Source: a virus (Duplodnaviria; Caudoviricetes). Taken from it: a stretch of DNA of 32,038 bases. Positions 24,951 to 32,038 of this stretch are shown in pieces. A program made the translations under genes and the position numbers. The notes under the pieces are model-generated. The model ran no database searches. It was given only the letters and a program-made list of their open reading frames with translations, and was not told the DNA's origin. The stretch lies in IMG/VR virus record IMGVR_UViG_3300049173_000143, positions 1-32,038 of that record; one strand, 5' to 3'. Each line of letters opens with the position of its first letter. Position 1 is the stretch's first letter.

Positions 24951-25238
24951 ATGCCCAACACCTACACCGCGCCCGCTGCCTTCAATGACGACACCGAGCG
25001 CCTCGACATCCCTCTTACCCCGGTGCAATCGAACCAGGTAAAGGCCATCGGCTACGACGCCACCACGCAGACCCTGGCCGTGACGTTCACCCGCGGGCCG
25101 GGCACCGTCTACCAGTACCCGAATGTCGATCCGCAGCTGCACGCCGACTTCCTCGCGGCCGAGTCCATCGGCACATTCTTTGGCCAGCGAATCAAATCGC
25201 TGCCGTTCAAGAAGTTCGCGGCGACGCAGGCGGCCTGA
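24951..25238 (+). CDS. KTSC-domain protein
   Basis: VQSNQVKAIGYD...LAVTF...VYQYPNV...FLAAESIGTFF. Confidence 0.88.
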   Translation: MPNTYTAPAAFNDDTERLDIPLTPVQSNQVKAIGYDATTQTLAVTFTRGPGTVYQYPNVDPQLHADFLAAESIGTFFGQRIKSLPFKKFAATQAA

Positions 25239-25240
25239 CC

Positions 25241-25432
25241 ATGCATGCCATTTCCGAGAAGAAGCGCGCGCGGCGGCTCGGCATGCTGCGCCGCCGCGCA
25301 GCGCACCTCCAGCGGCGGATCGAAGCAGCGGCGGATAAACGGCTGACCTACGACGAGGCCGAGCTCGTCGCGCTTCGATGGGCTCTGGCCGAACTCGACC
25401 CGCAATCCCAATCAAAAGGCGGCGCCGCATGA
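25241..25432 (+). CDS. Hypothetical protein (63 aa)
   Basis: Helical ORF in operon position. Confidence 0.7.
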   Translation: MHAISEKKRARRLGMLRRRAAHLQRRIEAAADKRLTYDEAELVALRWALAELDPQSQSKGGAA

Positions 25433-25479
25433 GTCTCGCGCCCACAGCAGATCAGCTTGTTTTCGGAGGCCTCGTGATC

Positions 25480-25704
25480 TCAACCAGCCTTGGTTATGAA
25501 CCAGCCAGCAAGAGGGTCCTTGGTATCAGCGGTGCGCGTGATTTTTGTGCCGCAAGCGGTGCACATGTAATGCGTAGCGTATCCCCGCGCCTGTCCCATA
25601 CTCACGTTCCCCAAGCTGAAAGAACCCACCTGCACCAGAGATGGATGCGGGTCAACGTTCTTCAGCTGGTCGTTCAATGCTGCGCAGGCTTGGCAAATGG
25701 CCAT
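25480..25704 (-). CDS. Small Zn-ribbon protein (antisense cassette)
   Basis: CQAC...YMCTACG; GGAGG SD. Confidence 0.7.
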   Translation of the reverse strand: MAICQACAALNDQLKNVDPHPSLVQVGSFSLGNVSMGQARGYATHYMCTACGTKITRTADTKDPLAGWFITKAG

Positions 25705-25770
25705 ATGGTCCTCCGTCCGTTGGAGGGCGCAGTATCAAGGCCTTCTGCGCTCGGGGCACGCTGCACTGCA

Positions 25771-26010
25771 TCAATCTTCCAAGTCGAACTGTCCCTGCAG
25801 CGTGCGGATGATCTGCGCGATGTCGGCGCGGTGCGCGCCGCGATCGCTGACCACGCGAACGGTCCAGTTCGGGCCGCCCTCCTCGGCCGGGATGCCAATC
25901 ACCCCGCCGCGGTGCACGTCCGTCTGCTGGCCCCGAAGGCCGGGCAACGCCTCGATGCGCATGAGCAGCATTCGCTTCAGCTGCTCGGCGGTGCGGGTCG
26001 GCTTGGCCAT
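25771..26010 (-). CDS. Hypothetical protein (79 aa, antisense cassette)
   Basis: GAGG SD; starts directly after the upstream stop. Confidence 0.7.
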   Translation of the reverse strand: MAKPTRTAEQLKRMLLMRIEALPGLRGQQTDVHRGGVIGIPAEEGGPNWTVRVVSDRGAHRADIAQIIRTLQGQFDLED

Positions 26011-26658
26011 TTATTCCTCGTTGGCAAAGGCAAGCAATTCGGCGCGCGCCGACTCGAGGTATTTCAGGCCCATGACCAAGTTATGTCTTGTGCTGAGATA
26101 GTGACCCAAGAGATTTTTCTCGTTGAGCGTGGTGAGTGTGGGTGCAGATACAACGTAATCGAGGAGGAGGATCACCTTCTTCAACGCCGCCACTCCGTTG
26201 GCCATGGTTGCAGCCGCATTCGGCACAGCGCCCGCCAAAAGCAACATTTGTTCTTCAGTAGGCAGCTCAGCCTTGGCGAAGAGGATCTGGAAGTGGCGCG
26301 CACGCTCCACTGCCGTAGGGTGACCCGGAAGCGAGTGTTCGGCGAGCATTGCTGTAGCCGTGGCTATCAGCGTATGCACTTTCGAATCGGTGGATGCGCC
26401 GACAACCATTACGGTTGCGCGAGCGGTCTTTTTCTCCGTCTCTTTGTCGGCATGACGCTGCCATGCAGCGATCCCGATCGCAGCCAATATCGCGGCAACA
26501 GACCCCACTGCCTGCACCCAAGCTGGGGCATCTGCTCGTTCTGCCCAGCGGCCAAACGCCGCCCAGCCTGGATAGATCGCAAGCGCCAATCCACCGAACA
26601 GACATGCGAGCACGGTCGCGCCGATCGACGCCCCGGTCGTTCCCAGTTCCTTCTTCAT
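26011..26658 (-). CDS. Two-TM membrane protein (215 aa, antisense cassette)
   Basis: Two hydrophobic helices, including APAWVQAVGSVAAILAAIGIA. Confidence 0.75.
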   Translation of the reverse strand: MKKELGTTGASIGATVLACLFGGLALAIYPGWAAFGRWAERADAPAWVQAVGSVAAILAAIGIAAWQRHADKETEKKTARATVMVVGASTDSKVHTLIATATAMLAEHSLPGHPTAVERARHFQILFAKAELPTEEQMLLLAGAVPNAAATMANGVAALKKVILLLDYVVSAPTLTTLNEKNLLGHYLSTRHNLVMGLKYLESARAELLAFANEE

Positions 26659-26684
26659 CTCTTCGTCCTCCAGAGGATCTGAGT

Positions 26685-27344
26685 ATGCAACTCATCGACA
26701 GCTCCCCCCGGCGTATCCAAGCCAACAAAATTCGGCCGATCCCGGTGCCCGCAACGACCGCGTTGGAACGGCCCATTCTGTTCTCCGCGCCCATGGTGCG
26801 CGCGCTGCTCGACGGCAGCAAGACGCAGACGCGACGTGTGGTGAAGCCCGCCCCAATCGCCGATCAAGCGTTTGTCGGCGGCTTCTACATCCCCAGCACA
26901 AAGCGCGCCGAAGGAGCGCGGCTTTCGGTCGAAGCACCGTATGTTGCGATGGCTTACCCATACGGTCGGCCCGGCGACCGGCTGTGGGTTCGCGAGGCAT
27001 GGGCCACGAGGGCCATCGACCCGGAGTGCACCGTCGCCGCCTACCGTGCGACCGACGACGAATGCAATGGCCCATGGAAGCCCAGCATCCACATGCCGCG
27101 CTGGGCCAGCCGCATCGACCTCGAAATCACCGGCGTGCGCGTCGAGCGCCTGCAGGACATCAATGAGGCGGATGCGGAGGCCGAAGGCGTTCACTCGTGG
27201 GGTCGCGGCGCGCTCTCCCCCGAAGGGCAGGAGGCCGACCCTTCCGACAAGTTCCGCTGGCTTTGGTCTTCGATCAACGGAGCCGACAGCTGGTCGGTCA
27301 ACCCGTGGGTCTGGGTCGTCCAGTTCAGGAGGGTGAAGCCGTGA
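26685..27344 (+). CDS. ASCH/PUA-like phage protein
   Basis: ERPILFSAPMVRALLDGSKTQTRR...GDRLWVRE...WKPSIHMPRWASRI...NPWVWVVQF. Confidence 0.85.
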   Translation: MQLIDSSPRRIQANKIRPIPVPATTALERPILFSAPMVRALLDGSKTQTRRVVKPAPIADQAFVGGFYIPSTKRAEGARLSVEAPYVAMAYPYGRPGDRLWVREAWATRAIDPECTVAAYRATDDECNGPWKPSIHMPRWASRIDLEITGVRVERLQDINEADAEAEGVHSWGRGALSPEGQEADPSDKFRWLWSSINGADSWSVNPWVWVVQFRRVKP

Positions 27345-27478
27345 ACTGGCGCAACGTCCTCCCCTTCGGCGTGCCGGAGACGACTGGTGAAATCTTCGCC
27401 TCTGTCGCCTCCGCTTTCCTGGCCGGCGTCATCGGCGCGGCCCTCCTCGTCGGCTTCTTAATTTGGATCGGACCATGA
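27341..27478 (+). CDS. Small membrane protein (45 aa)
   Basis: GTGA and ATGA coupling; one TM helix. Confidence 0.65.
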   Translation: MNWRNVLPFGVPETTGEIFASVASAFLAGVIGAALLVGFLIWIGP

Positions 27479-28026
27479 GCAAACGATTCGGAAGAAACCA
27501 GCGCCGCCGCGCGCGCGAGACCATCGCCAACCTCACAGATGCACGCGAGGAGGCGGTCAAGGACGCCGCCTCGTGGAATGCTGTCGCCGACCGGCAGCGC
27601 GCCCGCGCCGGGCTGCTGCAGGCGCAGATCGACACGGTTCGTCGCGTCCTCGGCGATTCCGTTGCTCTGCCGCCGGTGGAGTGCGTGCTGCTCGAACGAG
27701 AGGCGCGTGCAATCGCCTCCGCTGGGCTCGTGGTCGAAGCGCCTGCGGGGCCTACTGAGTTTTTCGAATTGGGCTCGGAGCCGGTTGCGATAGCGAGATT
27801 CGAGACGATGACTCTCAACGTGCTCGAGGGCGGCCTCGACCTCTCGCGCCCCGATGCGCTCTACAGGCAGCCGCACGCCTACATCCGCAGCCGGGAGACA
27901 GGCGAACTGCGCTATGCCGTTTCGCCGGCAGTTCTCGCCCAGCTGGACCAGCAAACGATCGTCCAACGCATCGCGCATCTGCTGGCCGAGAACCTAGCGA
28001 GAGACCTGAAGAAAGGCAGGAGATGA
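27475..28026 (+). CDS. Hypothetical protein (183 aa)
   Basis: MSKRFGRNQRRR start; coupled at both ends. Confidence 0.75.
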   Translation: MSKRFGRNQRRRARETIANLTDAREEAVKDAASWNAVADRQRARAGLLQAQIDTVRRVLGDSVALPPVECVLLEREARAIASAGLVVEAPAGPTEFFELGSEPVAIARFETMTLNVLEGGLDLSRPDALYRQPHAYIRSRETGELRYAVSPAVLAQLDQQTIVQRIAHLLAENLARDLKKGRR

Positions 28027-28709
28027 CCGCACAGCGCGAACCCATCACCCCGTGGAACCCTTCGCGCCGCGCCACCGCGCGCGTGAAGGATCCGCTGCCG
28101 GTACCGGACTGCTGCCCGAACTGTGGCTCGAAGGTCTGGATCGGCTCGAACGCCACGATCTACGGAGGCCGCGAGTACGGCGAATGGCCCTGGGCGCTGA
28201 TGTGCACCGGCTGCGACTCTTACGTCGGCTTGCACCCGTTCACCGGAATTCCGCTCGGGACCTTGGCCACGCCCGAGATCCGCGCGGCGCGAAAGGAGGC
28301 GAAAGCCGCCTTCAACCCGCTCTGGGAGGGCGCCAATGCGCAGATGACGCGCACCGCCGCTTACGGCTGGCTCGCGGCCGCGCTGGGCATCCAGAACGTC
28401 GAGGAATGCCACATCGGCTGGTTCGGCGTGGACCAGTGCCGCGCCGTCGTCGCCGCCATCAAAACCCGCGGTGCCGCGCCGGCGCATCGCCACACCTGCC
28501 ATTGGCCGGGCTGCTCGCGCGCGGTGCCGCCGGCCATGTGGGGCTGCAGCCCGCACTGGTTCACGCTGCCGAAGCCGCTGCGTGACGACATCTGGCGGAC
28601 CTACCGGCCTGGCCAGGAGATCACGAAGAACCCCAGCGAGGCCTATCTCGTCGCCGCCCGTGCGGCGCAAGCATGGATCGCGAATCACCAGAAGGAAAAG
28701 ACAGCATGA
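28023..28709 (+). CDS. DUF3268-family Zn-finger protein with a second C-terminal Zn finger
   Basis: CPNCG...CTGCDSYVGLH...PLGTLA...CHIGWF, then HTCHWPGC...GCSPHW. Confidence 0.8.
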   Translation: MTAQREPITPWNPSRRATARVKDPLPVPDCCPNCGSKVWIGSNATIYGGREYGEWPWALMCTGCDSYVGLHPFTGIPLGTLATPEIRAARKEAKAAFNPLWEGANAQMTRTAAYGWLAAALGIQNVEECHIGWFGVDQCRAVVAAIKTRGAAPAHRHTCHWPGCSRAVPPAMWGCSPHWFTLPKPLRDDIWRTYRPGQEITKNPSEAYLVAARAAQAWIANHQKEKTA

Positions 28710-29800
28710 CGCATACCTCCGCCCTGTTGGAAATCAGCCCCGCTGCGCACGCCGAGATCGAACGGCTCCTGCGCGCAGCCGGCTACAACCACGCGATCAA
28801 CCACGATCAGCTGGACATGCAAGGGATCGCCCTGGTCGCGGCGGCTCCAGCGGCAGGCGCTATCGATGCGCGCGAGCAGGAGGACGACATGGACGAATCG
28901 GGCAATCCCGAAGAGTCCAGTTCGCTTGAAGATCGTCTCGCTATGGCTTTCTCCGAAATTGGGGCGATCCGGCGCAGGTACGGAGAACCCGGCAGTCGCG
29001 ACGTTGACGTGACCGCGAATAACAAGGCGATCAACCTCGCCAGAAAAGCCATATACGATGCCCTCGCATCGCGCCGGGAAACACCGGCAGCGGCCGGCGC
29101 TGCGCCGGCGGTGCCGGATGCGAAACCCATCGCATGGCTTCACTACGCGGCGAAGAAGCCGAGCCTGCGCCGCGTGGACTTTCACACTTCGCCGGGCGTC
29201 GTTGAAAAGGCGAGTGGCTGGAAGACCATCCCTCTCGGCGCCCTCGCCGCAACCCCCGCGCCCGAGACGGCACCAGCGACGGCAGAGCCGTTCCAGACGC
29301 GCGTGCGGCCGTGGCTCATGGCGTGCTTCGGCGAGATGATCGCCGGCGACCGCGAAGAGCGAAACCATCGCTTCATCGAAGAGGCGCTCGAGCTGGTGCA
29401 GGCGTGCGGCTGCACGGCCAGCGAAGCGCACCAGCTGGTCGACTATGTTTTCGCGCGGCCAGTCGGCGACAAGGCGCAGGAGGTCGGCGGTGTCATGGTG
29501 ACGCTGGCGGCGCTGTGCCTGGCACAAGGCCTCGATATGGCCGCGGCCGGTGAAACCGAGTTGGCGCGCATCTGGACGAAGGTCGAGCAGATCCGCGCGA
29601 AGCAGGCTGCGAAGCCGAAGCACTCGCCCCTGCCAGTTGCACCCGCGCGCTGTGGGTACTGCGACGACACGGGCGACGTGCACGGACTCGACGGTGAATG
29701 GAGCGGAGTGTGCAGCTGCCCAGCAGGTGATCGCGTCCGCGCCGCAGTGGCCTCGCCCGACGACACGCCCCTCGAAACTGGCGAAGGGGACGCTCGATGA
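28706..29800 (+). CDS. Mosaic early protein with a MazG-like NTP-pyrophosphohydrolase domain
   Basis: ERNHRFIEEALELVQA...QEVGGVMVTLAALC; Ala/Pro linkers; terminal CGYC...CSC. Confidence 0.7.
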   Translation: MTHTSALLEISPAAHAEIERLLRAAGYNHAINHDQLDMQGIALVAAAPAAGAIDAREQEDDMDESGNPEESSSLEDRLAMAFSEIGAIRRRYGEPGSRDVDVTANNKAINLARKAIYDALASRRETPAAAGAAPAVPDAKPIAWLHYAAKKPSLRRVDFHTSPGVVEKASGWKTIPLGALAATPAPETAPATAEPFQTRVRPWLMACFGEMIAGDREERNHRFIEEALELVQACGCTASEAHQLVDYVFARPVGDKAQEVGGVMVTLAALCLAQGLDMAAAGETELARIWTKVEQIRAKQAAKPKHSPLPVAPARCGYCDDTGDVHGLDGEWSGVCSCPAGDRVRAAVASPDDTPLETGEGDAR

Positions 29801-30114
29801 CCGCAGTCGCAACCGCCACCAAAGACCGAATGTTCATCACCATGAACCTGCCGCTCGGTGTGGACGTGTCCGCCTTCACGGTCGCCGTTTCCGAAGACCG
29901 CTATGCCGACGACATCACCGTGCAGCGCGCCCGGCAAATCTCCGGGCCGCCGCTGTGGGCCGTGCGCTACCGCGGGCAAGTGCTGAACCAGCAAGGCGAA
30001 TGGGAGTGGGAGCCGATGCCGAGCAGCCGCACCGACGAGTTCCTCGCCAGGTGCCGCTTCATCAGCGCTGAGCTTGCGATCGCAGCGGCGTGGGCCGCGA
30101 AGGAGAAGCTGTGA
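29797..30114 (+). CDS. Hypothetical protein (105 aa)
   Basis: Coupled; WEWEPMPSSRTDEFLARCRF segment. Confidence 0.75.
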   Translation: MTAVATATKDRMFITMNLPLGVDVSAFTVAVSEDRYADDITVQRARQISGPPLWAVRYRGQVLNQQGEWEWEPMPSSRTDEFLARCRFISAELAIAAAWAAKEKL

Positions 30115-30404
30115 CCTTCGACCTCTTCGCAGACCTTGAGCCCGTGGCCGCACCAGCACCCTGCGCGCCGCCCGTCAGCCGTGCACGCGCCGAGGGCGAG
30201 GACTTCACCATGCAGCCGACCGGCGACGTGAACCGGTGGCTGTATCGCGGCGTACTCGTGATCTTCGACAACCGCCGCAAGCCCGGTTCTCAGGTCGGCA
30301 TCTGGCGCACGATCGAGGGCATCGGCCGCGACGCCATTCACAACGACGATCGCATCGAGGTCTGCCGCGCCATCGACGCGTATCTCGCCGGGACCGGCAA
30401 ATGA
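30111..30404 (+). CDS. Hypothetical protein (97 aa)
   Basis: AAGGAG SD; GTGA coupling. Confidence 0.7.
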   Translation: MTFDLFADLEPVAAPAPCAPPVSRARAEGEDFTMQPTGDVNRWLYRGVLVIFDNRRKPGSQVGIWRTIEGIGRDAIHNDDRIEVCRAIDAYLAGTGK

Positions 30405-30700
30405 GCTGCCGCGCCACCATCATCAGCGCGATGCCGGGCACGCAGGCTCAGATCGCCCAGCGCGTGCAGCGCAGCATCAAGACCGTGAGCGTTGAGCTCG
30501 GGGCCCTGGTGTTGGTCGGGCGCGAAGCTCACATCGGCAACTGGCAGCGTCAGGCACGCGGCGGCAAGCCCATCGCCGTCTACTTCGCGGGCCCCGGCAT
30601 AAGCATGCCGCGCCCACCGCTCACACGGGCGGCGCTGTATGCGAAGCGAAGCAGGTTCCGCAGCCTCTACGAGCGCCCGCACCGCTCAGTCGTCGCCTAA
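30401..30700 (+). CDS. Putative winged-helix protein (99 aa)
   Basis: TQAQIAQRVQRSIKTVSVEL helix-turn-helix pattern; ATGA coupling. Confidence 0.6.
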   Translation: MSCRATIISAMPGTQAQIAQRVQRSIKTVSVELGALVLVGREAHIGNWQRQARGGKPIAVYFAGPGISMPRPPLTRAALYAKRSRFRSLYERPHRSVVA

Positions 30701-30728
30701 CGCGCACCCTTTTTTGCATTTTTTACGA

Positions 30729-30977
30729 ATGACGACAGACCCACATCGCCCTGACATGAGCGACGAAGAAATCGACCTGATCTGCCACGGCCTGACTCAG
30801 AACGCGGCCAAGGTGCGCCACCTGCGCCGGCTCGGCCTTCGCGTCGACCGAAGACCCAACGGACGGCCCTTGGTGGCGAGGATCGAATGGGCGCGGCTGT
30901 ACGGCCCCGCGGCGACGTCCACGCCGCCGGCGGCGAGCAATGGCCCCCGATGGAAAACTCCCGCCGGAGCACGCTGA
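30729..30977 (+). CDS. DUF4224-family excisionase-like protein
   Basis: MSDEEIDLICHGLTQNAAKVRHLRRLGLRVDRRPNGRPLV; TGATG overlap with int. Confidence 0.78.
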   Translation: MTTDPHRPDMSDEEIDLICHGLTQNAAKVRHLRRLGLRVDRRPNGRPLVARIEWARLYGPAATSTPPAASNGPRWKTPAGAR

Positions 30978-32038
30978 TGGGCCGAGTTCGAGATCGCGCT
31001 TCGGCGGCCGGGCTGCTGCCACGCATGGAGGCGCGCCCCTGGTCCAACGGCAAGACCGTGACTTACCGGTTTCACCCTGTCGGGGGCAAGCCGATCAACC
31101 TCGGCACAGACCTCGCGGCCGCGTTGCGCAAGGTGCTGGACATGAACGGCGGTGCGCCCGGAGACGGCATGGGCACGCTCCGCTGGGTGTGGACCAGATT
31201 TCAAGAATCTCCGCGGTGGAAAAAGCTGACACAAGGCACTCGAGACGACTACGCGCTGGCGTGGAAGCAGATCGACGATCGGCTCGGCCACATGCACATG
31301 ACGGAAATCACCACCACAGTGGTGGCGCACTATGTGCACATCGAGCGCGCGGGGTCGCCTCGGCGCGCCGACATCGAAAAGAGCCTGCTTTCGCGACTTT
31401 TCGGCCACGCCATCAAGCTGGGCGTCTGCACCATCAACAGCACGATAGGCGTCGAGCCGCATGGCAGCGAAGCACGCACTGAGGCGCCAGATCCCGCCGT
31501 CCTCGCTCGGTTCCTGAAGTGGCTCACCGAGCAGACGCCCCAGCGGCAGATCATCGGCATGGCAGCGGAATACGCAAGCCTGGCCGGCAACCGGAAGGTC
31601 GAATTCCTGCCTCTTACCTGGCCCCAGGTTGACCGGAAGGCAGGCGAAATCCGCGTTTTCCGCGCAAAGCAGCGGGGCAAGAAGCGGGAGCGGATCGTGG
31701 AAATCATCGCGATCACGCCGGCGCTCGACGCGTTGCTGGACCGCTTGCACAGCCTTCACCAGCAGCGCGGCGTGGACTGCTTGTATGTCTTCCCGACCCG
31801 GGACAACAACGCATACACGGCTCGGGGATTTAAGACGCTTTGGCAGCGATGCGTGGTACTGGCAATAGAGAAAAAGGTGTTGGCCGAAAGCGACAGGTTT
31901 ACGTTCCACGACCTTCGCGCCTATTACGCGACACTGCACAAGCAGGTGCACGGCGAATTGCCGGATTTGCACACCAACCCCGCAACCACTGCAAAGGTTT
32001 ATGACCGCAATAGGGAGGTGAAGCGCACGGCGCTTTAA
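30977..32038 (+). CDS. int: Tyrosine integrase (353 aa)
   Basis: Catalytic R (GNRKVE), HxxR (FHDLR), H (LHT) and Y (VYDR). Confidence 0.93.
   Translation: MGRVRDRASAAGLLPRMEARPWSNGKTVTYRFHPVGGKPINLGTDLAAALRKVLDMNGGAPGDGMGTLRWVWTRFQESPRWKKLTQGTRDDYALAWKQIDDRLGHMHMTEITTTVVAHYVHIERAGSPRRADIEKSLLSRLFGHAIKLGVCTINSTIGVEPHGSEARTEAPDPAVLARFLKWLTEQTPQRQIIGMAAEYASLAGNRKVEFLPLTWPQVDRKAGEIRVFRAKQRGKKRERIVEIIAITPALDALLDRLHSLHQQRGVDCLYVFPTRDNNAYTARGFKTLWQRCVVLAIEKKVLAESDRFTFHDLRAYYATLHKQVHGELPDLHTNPATTAKVYDRNREVKRTAL

Noticed and set aside
30708-30724. T-rich tract before the xis-like gene as a terminator
   Set aside because: No convincing GC stem upstream.

Overview
The window is part of a GC-rich temperate phage or prophage with lambdoid regulation and a P22-like portal. 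The host is probably a betaproteobacterium (inference only). From right to left it holds: a tyrosine integrase and a DUF4224/Xis-like gene; a + strand early operon (RecT, YqaJ exonuclease, KTSC, ASCH-like, DUF3268 Zn-finger, MazG-like mosaic) interrupted by a three-gene antisense cassette; the cI/cro switch with five GCAA-N6-TTGC operators; a - strand early operon (RHH, SNF2-helicase/DNA-methyltransferase fusion, MmcB-like nuclease, PAPS-reductase-like protein, replication initiator and loader, degenerate HNH-HTH, RuvC-like, DUF1367, minimal HAD, HNH-like); a + strand moron block (ORC1/Cdc6-like AAA+ ATPase, 47-aa peptide, 159-aa protein); and terS, terL and a portal that runs off the left edge and is missing from the ORF track. 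The most striking element is the ~830-nt non-coding region (5572-6400) where Q and the lysis genes would normally sit. It contains a tRNA-fMet-like RNA lacking its elbow motifs, a back-to-back series of folded RNA domains, two copies of a GCAATCCCCTTG-N18-CGTTGAAT promoter-like motif, and a terminator abutting the terS start. All assignments come from reading motifs by eye; no searches were run.
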